The notes below the pieces were generated by a model. It did not search any database and had not been told where the DNA came from. It saw nothing but the letters and a program-made list of their open reading frames with translations. Source: a virus (lineage: Duplodnaviria > Caudoviricetes). From it: a stretch of DNA of 62,241 bases. Within the stretch, counting starts at the first letter, position 1, and each line of letters begins with the position of its first letter. Positions 47,580 to 56,280 of the stretch are shown here, in pieces. A program made the translations under genes and the position numbers. The stretch spans positions 1 to 62,241 of IMG/VR virus record IMGVR_UViG_3300037485_001606; one strand, written 5' to 3'.

Positions 47580-49065
47580 AAAGGTCTTCGGGCCTCCGGG
47601 CACCGGCAAGACGACCTATTTGCTCAATGTCGTAGACAAAGAACTGGAGGCGGGGGTTTCCTCTGAAAGGATTGGCTACTTTTCTTTCACCAGAAAGGCT
47701 GCCAACGAAGCAAGAGACCGCGCCGTCACCAAATTCCCCAATCTGATACCCAAGACAGACTTCCCGTTCTTCAGAACACTGCACAGTCTTGCGTACCACG
47801 TGCTGGCCGTCAAGCCCGACTTGATCATGCAACCCGAGAACTATCGGGAGTTTGCAGAGCAGGCAGGGATTGAGATCAAACTCAATTCCGAAGACGACAC
47901 TGAGGTGTCCAAAGCAGACAACCCCATCCTGAATGAAATCAATCTGGCTCGTATTCGGGGCATTGACTTGCGCCAGCACTACAACGAATCAGGGTTGGAC
48001 ATCGAGTGGTATCATTTTGAGTTTGTAGAGCGCACTTACCGCCACTACAAGCGCAGCAGGGACCTGTTGGACTTCACGGATTTGCTGGAGATGGCCGTCA
48101 CCTCCTCGGACCAGCTCCCCTCCTTGGAGGTCCTGATCGTGGACGAAGCACAGGACCTCTCCCGTCTCCAATGGCAGCTTGTGGAAGCGCTGGCCGCCAA
48201 GGCCAAGCGCGTGTATCTGGCAGGGGATGACGACCAAGCGGTCTTCACTTGGGCAGGGGCCGATGTCAAAAGCTTTCTGTCCTTTCAAGGGACCATCAAG
48301 ATTCTTCAGCAGTCGTACCGCGTACCGAGCGCCGTGCACCAATTGGCAGACAAGATTGTTCACCGCATCCGTTCTCGCCAAAGCAAGGAGTGGAAGCCCC
48401 GCGAGTTCGAGGGCTCAGTCACCACCTATGACCGGTTTGAGGACGTGGATGTCAGCCAAGGGCAATGGCTCATCTTGGCCAGCACCAATTACCTGCTCAA
48501 TCCCATCGGGGAGTGGCTCAAGAGCCACGGACTATTGTTTGAGCGCAGCGGTATTCCCAGCGTGGGCCCCACCATCTTGAAGGCGGTTGTCAACTGGGAG
48601 CGCCTGCGCCAAGGCCAGATGATCCCGGGGGAAGAGATGGTCAACATCTACCGGTATCTGGACTCGGATTACGTGGCCCGAGGACACCGCAGCTTCAAGG
48701 GTGAGCGCAGTGAACTGTTCACCATGGCCCAGTTACAAACGGATTACGGCCTGCTGTCCGCGCCCATCTGGCATGAGGCTTTGGGCAAGATTGCACACGA
48801 CAAACGGGAGTATTTAATCTCTGTTTTGCGCCGCGGCTCTAGGCTCTCGGACGGTGCGCGGATAAAGTTATCCACAATCCACGGAGCCAAAGGTGGAGAG
48901 GCCGACAACGTCCTGCTGCTCATGGATATTTCCACAAGATTTGCCAAGGAATTACAGAAAAACGGTGACGACGTGCACAGGCTTTTCTATGTGGGCGTTA
49001 CCCGAGCGAAGAAATCATTGCACTTAGTGCTCCCCAAGTTTCAAGATAAAGGCTTCATGCTGTGA
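47563..49065 (+). CDS. UvrD/Rep-like SF1 helicase
   Basis: GPPGTGKTT, VDEAQD, GDDDQ, QSYR, STIHGAKGGE, YVGVTRA. Confidence 0.92.
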   Translation: MTPSIEKVFGPPGTGKTTYLLNVVDKELEAGVSSERIGYFSFTRKAANEARDRAVTKFPNLIPKTDFPFFRTLHSLAYHVLAVKPDLIMQPENYREFAEQAGIEIKLNSEDDTEVSKADNPILNEINLARIRGIDLRQHYNESGLDIEWYHFEFVERTYRHYKRSRDLLDFTDLLEMAVTSSDQLPSLEVLIVDEAQDLSRLQWQLVEALAAKAKRVYLAGDDDQAVFTWAGADVKSFLSFQGTIKILQQSYRVPSAVHQLADKIVHRIRSRQSKEWKPREFEGSVTTYDRFEDVDVSQGQWLILASTNYLLNPIGEWLKSHGLLFERSGIPSVGPTILKAVVNWERLRQGQMIPGEEMVNIYRYLDSDYVARGHRSFKGERSELFTMAQLQTDYGLLSAPIWHEALGKIAHDKREYLISVLRRGSRLSDGARIKLSTIHGAKGGEADNVLLLMDISTRFAKELQKNGDDVHRLFYVGVTRAKKSLHLVLPKFQDKGFML

Positions 49066-50927
49066 GAACGATTCCAATGTTTCCAACCACCACTGAGTGG
49101 GTTTCCCCAGAAACTTTCCCCAACTTATCCACAGCCAAAGAGATCGCCATCGACCTCGAAACCTGTGACCCCAATCTGGAGTCTTTTGGGCCCGGATGGC
49201 CACGCAATGATGGCTTTGTTGTTGGGTATGCGGTGGCCGTGGACGGCTGGTCAGGCTACTACCCTGTCGCCCATGCGGGTGGGGGAAACCTTGACAAGAA
49301 GCGAGTGGAGGCTTGGATCAAGGATGTCTTGGCCACCCCGGCCGACAAGATTATGCATAACGCGGCCTACGATTGCGGCTGGCTTGGAGCCACGGGCTTC
49401 ACTGTCAATGGACGTATCTACGACACCATGCTGGCCGCTCCGCTGCTTGACGAGAATCGGTTCTCCTTCAGTCTCAACTCCCTTGGTTTTGAATACCTCA
49501 AGGAAATCAAAAGTGAGCAGGGGCTCAAGCAGGCCGCAGCCGACTTCGGTGTCCATCCTAAAAAGGAGCTATGGAAGCTCCCGGCCATGTATGTGGGTGA
49601 GTACGCCGAGCAGGATGCGGCGCTGACCCTGAAGTTGTGGCAGCACTTCAAAATCAAGATGCGTCAGGATGAAGTCGAATCCATCTTTGCGCTGGAGACT
49701 GATGTGTTCCCTGTCCTGTTGGAGATGACCCGCCGGGGCATTCGCTTTAACCGGGAAAAGTGTGCACTGATGATCGACAACATGAAGGTGCGTGAACAGC
49801 AACTGCTCCGGGAGATGAAGGAGCAGGCAGGGGTCAAGATTGACATCTGGGCCGCGCAATCCATTGCGATTGCCTTTGACCGTCTGGGCATCCAATACAC
49901 CAAGACAGAGAATGGTCTGCCAAGCTTCACCAAGCAGTTTCTTGACAACCATCCCCACCCTCTGGCCAAGATGATCATCGAGGCGCGGGAGACCAACAAG
50001 ACGCACAGCACCTTTCTCCAACCTTACATGTCCTTCAGCGCCAAGACAGGGCGCATTCATCCCCACGTCAATCAGATGCGTTCTGATGATGGAGGCACGG
50101 TCACCGGCCGTCTGTCCATGGCCAACCCCAACTTGCAGCAGGTGCCTGCCCGTCATGAAATCATCGGGCCCATGGTCCGTGGCTTGTTCATGCCGGAAGA
50201 TGGACAGTTGTGGGCCTCAAACGACTTTAGCTCTCAGGAGCCGCGCCTCTTGGTGCATTACGCGAGCCTCTTGGGCCTGCCCGGTGCCGATACCATGGTT
50301 GATGCCTACAACAACGACCCCAACACCGACTTCCACCAGATGGTGGCGGACATGGCGGGAATCAAACGTAAGGCGGCCAAGACCATTGGTTTGGGCCTGA
50401 TGTACGGCATGGGCAAGAATAAGTTGGCTGCCCAGTTGGATTTGGCGCTGAGCGAAGCGGATGAGCTAATCACCCGCTTCCACCAGAATGTGCCCTTCCT
50501 TAAAGGCACCGTCAACGCGGTGATGAAGCGCATTGATAACCCGGCAGCAGGCGGAGCAATTCGCACCTTGTTAGGACGCAAGTGCCGGTTCCCACTTTGG
50601 GAGCCGATGGAGTGGGGCGTGAACAAAGCATTGCCGCGCGAGCAGGCGGCGCTTGAATATGGCCCGCGGATCAAGCGAGCAGGTACTTACAAGGGCTTGA
50701 ACCGATTGATTCAGGGGTCAGCAGCCGACCAGACCAAAGCGGCCATGGTGGCCCTGAAGAAAGCGGGCTATGATCCTATCCTGCAGGTCCATGATGAAGT
50801 AGCGCTGTCCGTGAACCGGAGAGCCGATGCAGAGGAGGCTGCCCACATCATGGCCACTGCCGTGAGGATGGAAGTACCCAACCGATGTGACGTGGAAGTG
50901 GGCAATAGTTGGGGTGAAGCGAAATAA
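49062..50927 (+). CDS. polA: Family A DNA polymerase with 3'-5' exonuclease
   Basis: IDLET, HNAAYD, YAEQD exonuclease motifs; TGRLS..PNLQQ, DFSSQE, AKTIGLGLMYG, QVHDE. Confidence 0.95.
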   Translation: MRTIPMFPTTTEWVSPETFPNLSTAKEIAIDLETCDPNLESFGPGWPRNDGFVVGYAVAVDGWSGYYPVAHAGGGNLDKKRVEAWIKDVLATPADKIMHNAAYDCGWLGATGFTVNGRIYDTMLAAPLLDENRFSFSLNSLGFEYLKEIKSEQGLKQAAADFGVHPKKELWKLPAMYVGEYAEQDAALTLKLWQHFKIKMRQDEVESIFALETDVFPVLLEMTRRGIRFNREKCALMIDNMKVREQQLLREMKEQAGVKIDIWAAQSIAIAFDRLGIQYTKTENGLPSFTKQFLDNHPHPLAKMIIEARETNKTHSTFLQPYMSFSAKTGRIHPHVNQMRSDDGGTVTGRLSMANPNLQQVPARHEIIGPMVRGLFMPEDGQLWASNDFSSQEPRLLVHYASLLGLPGADTMVDAYNNDPNTDFHQMVADMAGIKRKAAKTIGLGLMYGMGKNKLAAQLDLALSEADELITRFHQNVPFLKGTVNAVMKRIDNPAAGGAIRTLLGRKCRFPLWEPMEWGVNKALPREQAALEYGPRIKRAGTYKGLNRLIQGSAADQTKAAMVALKKAGYDPILQVHDEVALSVNRRADAEEAAHIMATAVRMEVPNRCDVEVGNSWGEAK

Positions 50928-50955
50928 GAAAAAGGGCCCCGAGGGGCCCTTTTTC
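50928..50955. terminator. Bidirectional terminator between convergent blocks
   Basis: Perfect 13-bp inverted repeat GAAAAAGGGCCCC-ga-GGGGCCCTTTTTC. Confidence 0.9.
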
Positions 50956-51244
50956 ATTTGAACAGATTCTTTATCCGTTCCCAGAGAGTGAGAGGTCTCA
51001 GGTCCTCCCACAGATCGAGCTGGCGCAGGGTGAAGAGGTATTCCCCCTTGCCCTTACCAGCGACACGCTCCGCATCCAGTTGCTGGCGGTTGGATGCCAG
51101 ATACAGTGCCGCGCGGCGCACGACAGAGGACTGCAGACCAGTCCATTCCGCCAACTCCGATGTCTTGCCCTTGTAGTTGTGCGCACGTAAAGCAGCAAGG
51201 ACCGCGGTCCGCGCGTCTTCAGGCCTGACCCGCGTAGCGTTCAT
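50954..51244 (-). CDS. Putative winged-helix DNA-binding protein (96 aa, MNATRVRP...)
   Basis: TSELAEWTGLQSSVVRRA HTH-like pattern; TGATG coupling. Confidence 0.6.
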   Translation of the reverse strand: MNATRVRPEDARTAVLAALRAHNYKGKTSELAEWTGLQSSVVRRAALYLASNRQQLDAERVAGKGKGEYLFTLRQLDLWEDLRPLTLWERIKNLFK

Positions 51245-51411
51245 CAAAACCATCCAAACCAGATGCCCGTGCCGTGAATCCAAGCGATTGGAAACAGCAG
51301 AGCCCCAGCGACCAGAAAGCCCCAAGAGGCGGTTTTAAGGCAGACCACGACATGGGTGATCCACGCCAAGACAACCCAAGCCACACCCACAGTACCAAGT
51401 AAGCCGCTCAT
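51244..51411 (-). CDS. Small membrane protein (55 aa, MSGLLGTVGVAW...), not in the ORF track
   Basis: Two hydrophobic segments; start and stop overlap both neighbours. Confidence 0.7.
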   Translation of the reverse strand: MSGLLGTVGVAWVVLAWITHVVVCLKTASWGFLVAGALLFPIAWIHGTGIWFGWF

Positions 51412-51932
51412 CGTGCATTCCCCTCAAGGCGGTCAGCCACCAGTTTGGCGTAACCAGAGATGTCCACCCAGTGGTCCGATTTGTCAGGGTTGCCGTTGAT
51501 GATGCGCCCAAGCTTGTGGATGATCATGTCAATGGCTTCACGCTGGTCAAAGGCCAAAGGCGTGCTGCGTATGGCGATGTAGTTGTGCACCAAGCGTTTG
51601 AGCATTTGCATGATCTCTGCGCCTTCAATAAACTTGCCGTAGTCCTTGGCCCGCGCATCGAGGACCGCGTCCACATCCGTGTTGTTCTCGTCGTACTTCA
51701 AAATGCCATGTTTCAAGCCTTCCTTAACGTAGTCCTCCAATGGGACGCCCAGCTTCTTTGCAATCTCCACTTGGTTCTTTGTCACGGTGACCTTGCGTTT
51801 GCCTTCCTTTATTTTTCTGCGTAGTGCGTAGATGTAGCTGATGGATACGCTTAGCGCGTCAGCAACTTCCCTTGCCGTGGCAGTGGGGTTGTTGCGTATG
51901 TATTCCGCTGTAGTGACTTTGGTCTGTTTCAT
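51408..51932 (-). CDS. HTH + scaffold-tail-like motif + DUF6378-like (nucleotide-modification-associated) domain protein
   Basis: AREVADALSVSISYIY; QVEIAKKLGVPLEDY; RAKDYG..HKLGRII.G..DHWVDISGYA. Confidence 0.75.
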   Translation of the reverse strand: MKQTKVTTAEYIRNNPTATAREVADALSVSISYIYALRRKIKEGKRKVTVTKNQVEIAKKLGVPLEDYVKEGLKHGILKYDENNTDVDAVLDARAKDYGKFIEGAEIMQMLKRLVHNYIAIRSTPLAFDQREAIDMIIHKLGRIINGNPDKSDHWVDISGYAKLVADRLEGNAR

Positions 51933-51941
51933 AAAAACTCC

Positions 51942-52130
51942 TTATAAAAATGCTTCTTCATAATCTTCTAACGAACTGGGGTTGGTGGCCTTTACTTGCT
52001 TGGGGAACCTCTTGGGGTCCAATCGCTCAAAAGGCCACCACGCCATGAGCTCCTCTTGTGACAAAGGTCTGGTGTTATCAGTGCAGGGAGTCAAAGGCTT
52101 TATCCCACAAGATGTCTGAGTATTTTTCAT
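51942..52130 (-). CDS. Hypothetical protein (start uncertain)
   Basis: Fills the gap; WWPFER..EEAFL. Confidence 0.5.
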   Translation of the reverse strand: MKNTQTSCGIKPLTPCTDNTRPLSQEELMAWWPFERLDPKRFPKQVKATNPSSLEDYEEAFL

Positions 52131-52272
52131 TTAGTTCTTCTACCTGTTCGTCTGTTAGCGACGTGCCGTCTTCAAATGTGCAATCAGCAAAGCAAGCATC
52201 GCTGAAGTCTGGGTAATCCCAAGCATGAACGTCTTGCACATTGGCTTCTACTTTTCTTCCATTGAGTTCCAT
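52078..52272 (-). CDS. Small acidic protein (64 aa, MELNGRK...)
   Basis: AGGAG RBS; DYPDFSDA..LTDEQVEELN. Confidence 0.65.
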   Translation of the reverse strand: MELNGRKVEANVQDVHAWDYPDFSDACFADCTFEDGTSLTDEQVEELNEKYSDILWDKAFDSLH

Positions 52273-52283
52273 TTCTTTCTCCT

Positions 52284-52754
52284 TTATGTTGTTTCCAAAA
52301 TAACCCTTGCTCGTTTCGACGTGATGGTTTTCTCCACCATCCTGATGGCTGCTTCCAGCTCTGCTATGGTGCATGCATCCAACTGAGCGTCATGGACTTC
52401 CATGGCCAGATTGAAAATGGTGAGTTCGGGTCCGCGCAAAATAAACTTGCCAGTCTCCGCACCTCGGCGTCCCACCGCCAGAAGTGCGTCTTGCGCGGCC
52501 CGAATCTCATTCTCCCAATCGTCACCAATGCGCATGAGTGACAGCGCCTCGGTGATGTTGAACGCACCAATCAAGACATCAATGTCTTCGCGCGTACCGA
52601 TGCCAAGGCGTACGGTCTCCAAAGCTCCATGGTTCCTGATCTTCAGTGTGGTGCCAGCATTCACTGACCCCACACGTTTAAGACCACTGGAAACAAACAG
52701 CATGGTGTCCAGAATCAAGCCCCGCGGACGGTACTTACTTCGCTTCTTCATCAT
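52284..52754 (-). CDS. Conserved-type hypothetical protein
   Basis: KKRSKYRPR basic N-terminus; HDAQLD. Confidence 0.75.
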   Translation of the reverse strand: MMKKRSKYRPRGLILDTMLFVSSGLKRVGSVNAGTTLKIRNHGALETVRLGIGTREDIDVLIGAFNITEALSLMRIGDDWENEIRAAQDALLAVGRRGAETGKFILRGPELTIFNLAMEVHDAQLDACTIAELEAAIRMVEKTITSKRARVILETT

Positions 52755-53142
52755 TTTCCTCTTCTCGAATCACATCCTGCAGGTGGCCATGCATGCGCAC
52801 GGACATGTCGAATAGTTCGTTGATGGACGCCATCAGCTTGTTCTGGCGCTCGCGCCGCGTCTCCATCCAAAAGGACTTGCAGGTGGTCATCGAGCCCATG
52901 CGCAGCTTCAGGATGACTTTCGGGCCCTTGTCCTCTTCGTCCCCTTCATCCATCTCCGGGTCATACTTCATGTTGTTCATGCGAACCATGTAGACCACGC
53001 GGTCATACAGGTCAGAGACTGTCTGGGACAGGTACTCGGACCGCTCACGGCGGATGTCATTCATTTCCAGAGGAGGGATGACCACTTCTGCCTGCGCATC
53101 GAGTTCTTCAATGATGATGTGGATGTTGTCTTCAATCTTCAT
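52735..53142 (-). CDS. Hypothetical acidic protein (MKIEDNI...)
   Basis: Tiles between neighbours on the minus strand. Confidence 0.65.
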   Translation of the reverse strand: MKIEDNIHIIIEELDAQAEVVIPPLEMNDIRRERSEYLSQTVSDLYDRVVYMVRMNNMKYDPEMDEGDEEDKGPKVILKLRMGSMTTCKSFWMETRRERQNKLMASINELFDMSVRMHGHLQDVIREEENDEEAK

Positions 53143-53386
53143 GCTGTTCTTTCGTTTCTGCGGTCTCCACCACGCCATAGATGTCCTCGTAGCTGACGCG
53201 GTGACCGCGGACCGCGGCTTCTGCAATCAGTTTGCGGGCACCGTCCGGCAGCATGGTCTGCTCGCGTAGTTCGTAGTGCCCCACGTTGCCTTGGGTGATG
53301 CCCAACATGTCAGCAAACTCTTGCTGGGTCATGCCCATGCGCTGGCGGATTTGCTTAAGTAGGTTGGTTTGCGGTAGTTCTTGCAT
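53132..53386 (-). CDS. Cro/CI-type (XRE) HTH regulator
   Basis: LKQIRQRMGMTQQEFADMLGITQGNVGHYE. Confidence 0.85.
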   Translation of the reverse strand: MQELPQTNLLKQIRQRMGMTQQEFADMLGITQGNVGHYELREQTMLPDGARKLIAEAAVRGHRVSYEDIYGVVETAETKEQHED

Positions 53387-53540
53387 TTTTGGCGCTCTTT
53401 ATGTCAATGTACTTTTTGTTGCTGCTTTTAAGAATGAACATGTGGTCATCATTCTTTTTGATTTCATCCACGATTTCCCCATCAGGGGCTATCAGCACCC
53501 AGTGCACGGAGCTCCGTTCTTTCCATCTCATTGGTTTCAT
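53355..53540 (-). CDS. Hypothetical protein (61 aa)
   Basis: ATGA coupling with the upstream gene. Confidence 0.6.
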   Translation of the reverse strand: MKPMRWKERSSVHWVLIAPDGEIVDEIKKNDDHMFILKSSNKKYIDIKSAKNARTTANQPT

Positions 53541-53731
53541 TTGATTTTGTTTCCGTAGTTGTCGAATGTCCGAGGCCGTAGCGTAAACAGGACATTCAGG
53601 TTTTCCTTTGCTTCCTCTTCAGTGGCCCCGTAACCTATTGGGTCTCCGGGTTCGTAATCTTGGGCCGCGGCCCGCCAGTCGAACTTCGTGACAGGGATAG
53701 GCGGAGCAACATATTCGGTGATGATCTTCAT
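53537..53731 (-). CDS. Hypothetical protein (64 aa)
   Basis: PPIP..FDWRA..YEPGDPIGYGATEEEA; ATGA coupling. Confidence 0.7.
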   Translation of the reverse strand: MKIITEYVAPPIPVTKFDWRAAAQDYEPGDPIGYGATEEEAKENLNVLFTLRPRTFDNYGNKIK

Positions 53732-53991
53732 GTGAGGTTTCCGTCTCGTTCAAAACAGGGCTTCTTGCACGTCCTGTACTGTTGGCAACATTCCACGGGT
53801 GGTGTGCAAGTGTGGATATCTGCAGTGATCCCCTTGAGGCGTTTCCCGCAACGCGGGCAGAAGTTGCGCTCTTGCTTGGGGTTCAGTATCGAGGCCAGCA
53901 CCTCCAGCATCGAGGCAGCCTCAAGGATGATTTCCTTTGGGCAGTGCTCATGGTTGACGCGAAGGTCTTGGATTAGTTCAGGCAGCGTCAT
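53728..53991 (-). CDS. Cys-rich modular hypothetical protein
   Basis: ERNFCPRCGKRL..HTC..CCQQYRTC; ATGA coupling. Confidence 0.65.
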   Translation of the reverse strand: MTLPELIQDLRVNHEHCPKEIILEAASMLEVLASILNPKQERNFCPRCGKRLKGITADIHTCTPPVECCQQYRTCKKPCFERDGNLT

Positions 53992-54134
53992 GTGTTCTTC
54001 TCCTTCAATTTTGCTTCCGTCAATCCCGTGGCAACCCCAACATTTTTCCCAATTGATGCCGTGTGTATCTCTGCGACTTCTTCATCCGTCAACCCAATCC
54101 ATGTGCGCTCGGATATCGGTGTGGTTGGAATGTC

Positions 54135-54482
54135 TCATTTCTTGAACGTAGGTAACGGGAACCAGTGGTCGAAAAACTTGTCAGCCGGGTAGTAGTGCCC
54201 CTTCTGGGCTACGTTGCTGCGTTTGTTAATCAGCCACATACTGACACCTCGCGGGGTATGTTCGTCTATCGGTATCCAGTGGCAGGCAGGGGCAACCGCA
54301 GCAGCACCGTCAGCAGTTATCTTGTGTTCCTGTATAGGTGCGTTAAACATAGTTGCACTAAACGAATCCAAGATTTTTGCTTTGAGTTCTTCGCGCTCAC
54401 CTTCTGGAAAGTCTTGAACTACGTTGTTTAGTATTTCCATAACGTCCTCAACCATTTGTTTTGGGGTAATGATGCTGCTCAT
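54135..54482 (-). CDS. DUF551-like protein (115 aa, MSSIITP...)
   Basis: WIPID..P....HWFPLP motif; ATGA coupling at 54479-54482. Confidence 0.65.
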   Translation of the reverse strand: MSSIITPKQMVEDVMEILNNVVQDFPEGEREELKAKILDSFSATMFNAPIQEHKITADGAAAVAPACHWIPIDEHTPRGVSMWLINKRSNVAQKGHYYPADKFFDHWFPLPTFKK

Positions 54483-54769
54483 ACTATTTTGTTTCCGTAG
54501 TCGTCGAATGTTCGTCTGTTCGGTGGGCAGCAAGTGTGAAGGCTGACCGGGCCAAGCGCACCCATAAGTCGAGTCCCGCAGCGGTGGCAGAAGTTGCGCT
54601 CCTCTATCTGTGCTTGCAACTGCCCAAAGTCCGACACTGCTTGCAGATGTGCTTCTGCCTCTGGCTGTGCCAATGCTTCTTCTATTGCGGTGCGTAATGC
54701 TGTGGGGTACACAAAATTGCCTGATACAAGCCAATTAAGCGTCATGCGTAGTGCTTTTGTTTTAGTCAT
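54479..54769 (-). CDS. Modular hypothetical protein with CxxC motif
   Basis: ERNFCHRCG; shares modules with neighbouring genes. Confidence 0.65.
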   Translation of the reverse strand: MTKTKALRMTLNWLVSGNFVYPTALRTAIEEALAQPEAEAHLQAVSDFGQLQAQIEERNFCHRCGTRLMGALGPVSLHTCCPPNRRTFDDYGNKIV

Positions 54770-55230
54770 GAGTTCAACTCCTTCAGCTTGGCTTCGATGG
54801 CTTTGCCAAATGTCAAATATTGCATTGAATCAACTTGTTTATGTGTCTTAAATATCTCATCATCCGTAAGCCCAACCCACTGCTTCAAAGGTATCCCGCT
54901 GGGGTGCTGGTCATCTACCACAGTGACTCTGTAAACAGGCTCCTGCTGTGCTAATGCTGCTCTTGTCTGCTTTGTAATTCGCTCCGCATCTTCTGCAAGT
55001 GTCTTTGCTTTGATGGGGCTATAGGGGCTTTTGTAACTGCACTTCGGGCAAACCAGCCATTCTGTAAGCGGCTCCTGCTCTACGCTATCGCTGGGTGCTG
55101 CCAAGGCTTCTTCGCCCGCTGCAATGGCTGCTGCCTGCTTAGCAGCCATTGCAGCATTTAACTTGTAATTACCTGAATGTTCGTACAGCGCCGCAAGCGT
55201 CATGCGTAGTGCTTCACGTTCTTTAGTCAT
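54766..55230 (-). CDS. Modular hypothetical protein
   Basis: CPKC; WVGLTDDEI..AIEAKLKELN end. Confidence 0.7.
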   Translation of the reverse strand: MTKEREALRMTLAALYEHSGNYKLNAAMAAKQAAAIAAGEEALAAPSDSVEQEPLTEWLVCPKCSYKSPYSPIKAKTLAEDAERITKQTRAALAQQEPVYRVTVVDDQHPSGIPLKQWVGLTDDEIFKTHKQVDSMQYLTFGKAIEAKLKELNS

Positions 55231-55520
55231 CAGAATCCCCTGCTTGGTAGTTTCATTGCGTCTTGCGACCCGGGGCGTATTTGCTGGAGTACTTCACCAT
55301 CGCCCGTGCGGTAGGTGGTCCTGTCCCAGATGTTGGATTTGTTGGGGAGGGCAGCGCCTTTGAGTTTTGGCATCAGGACAGGACCCCCTCGGACGTACCG
55401 GACAGGGTTTTTGTCATTAAGAGGTGCCAAGGCATGCGCTGGGTTGTGGCGGTTCTCGCGTAACACGGTGCGGGTGCGCTCAGCAATGGTGAGCTTTGAT
55501 TTGTCGAGCGGTTTTGTCAT
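55230..55520 (-). CDS. Hypothetical protein (96 aa)
   Basis: RPGSQDAMKLPSRG end; TGATG coupling. Confidence 0.7.
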   Translation of the reverse strand: MTKPLDKSKLTIAERTRTVLRENRHNPAHALAPLNDKNPVRYVRGGPVLMPKLKGAALPNKSNIWDRTTYRTGDGEVLQQIRPGSQDAMKLPSRGF

Positions 55521-55522
55521 GG

Positions 55523-55798
55523 TTAGTCTTCAGAGTGGTCAGCGACCGATGTTTCAATCTCACCGATCATGGAATCGCGCATCACGGGGGCAAGGTCCAC
55601 GTCAGAGTTGGGGAGGTAGGCATGTTGTAGAGACCATGTGGCCGGGTAGTCGGGCTCTAATTGCAAGCCGGTGCCCCTTTCGCGTGCGCCGCGGTCCGCG
55701 GGTTCGTATTCAAACCAGCAGGTCAGATAGCAGTTGAGCTCGTCACAGTCGTAGTCGTACGACAAGAGGCCGTCATCAGAGTGGTCGGGGGATTTCAT
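55523..55798 (-). CDS. Acidic hypothetical protein (91 aa, MKSPDHS...)
   Basis: GGAG RBS; EYEPA.RGARE.GTG.QLEPD. Confidence 0.65.
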   Translation of the reverse strand: MKSPDHSDDGLLSYDYDCDELNCYLTCWFEYEPADRGARERGTGLQLEPDYPATWSLQHAYLPNSDVDLAPVMRDSMIGEIETSVADHSED

Positions 55799-55986
55799 AA
55801 GAATCTCCGGAAAAAGGTGGACAGGAGGCTGGGAACCACGGGGGCGGAGATTAGAGCGGTTTGCAAGTTGTAAGCACCGCGGCTCGGGGACCACGCTTGT
55901 TTTGGAAGGTACAGGAGGCCTATCTTGACCTTGCCTGTGTTGTAGGGGGTCACAGAACGGGTTGTAGGGGACTTATTGCATGACAT
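55795..55986 (-). CDS. Hypothetical protein (63 aa)
   Basis: PYNTGKVKIG.LY motif; tiles with neighbours. Confidence 0.65.
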   Translation of the reverse strand: MSCNKSPTTRSVTPYNTGKVKIGLLYLPKQAWSPSRGAYNLQTALISAPVVPSLLSTFFRRFL

Positions 55987-56209
55987 GGTAGCTACCCTCC
56001 CCGATTGAACGATAGACGGAGTCTAGGCCCTCTAGGAGGTGTTCTAGGGGCAGTCCCATGGCCTTGGACAGGACAGCGGTGGCTGTTAGCACGGTTAGCA
56101 GGGTATGCATGGGGGTACGGTCATCGGTTTGTAGCTCGTTCAGGAGTTCTACTGCCTCGGTTATGCTGGCCGTCATCAGGTCTTTTAGTTGCTTGTCAGT
56201 TACGCTCAT
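55973..56209 (-). CDS. Hypothetical protein (78 aa), first gene of the leftward block
   Basis: Preceded by AGAAAGGATAG RBS and a promoter. Confidence 0.75.
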   Translation of the reverse strand: MSVTDKQLKDLMTASITEAVELLNELQTDDRTPMHTLLTVLTATAVLSKAMGLPLEHLLEGLDSVYRSIGEGSYHVMQ

Positions 56210-56278
56210 TGCTCTATCCTTTCTTTAAGTTGCACGGAGTGTGGAAGAATTATAAGCGGTACTAGTATTACAGCGCAA
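56210..56278 (-). promoter_or_regulatory. Leftward sigma70-like promoter and leader
   Basis: Minus strand TTGCGC-18 nt-TATAAT (56278-56249), then CAAC..AGAAAGGATAGAG. Confidence 0.65.
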
Positions 56279-56280
56279 GT

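Noticed and set aside
293-50674. Many long antisense or alternate-frame ORFs (e.g. 1632-2414, 5397-6143, 9508-10182, 38757-39497, 46833-47609)
   Set aside because: They shadow well-supported genes, lack an RBS and recognisable motifs, and are expected from codon bias in GC-rich coding DNA.
49062-50927. Intein or intron in the polymerase, helicases or terminase
   Set aside because: Lengths and motif spacing are normal; no splicing or homing-endonuclease motifs seen.
53132-53386. Lysogeny module implied by the Cro/CI-like regulator
   Set aside because: No integrase, partition genes or divergent repressor pair seen in an apparently complete genome.
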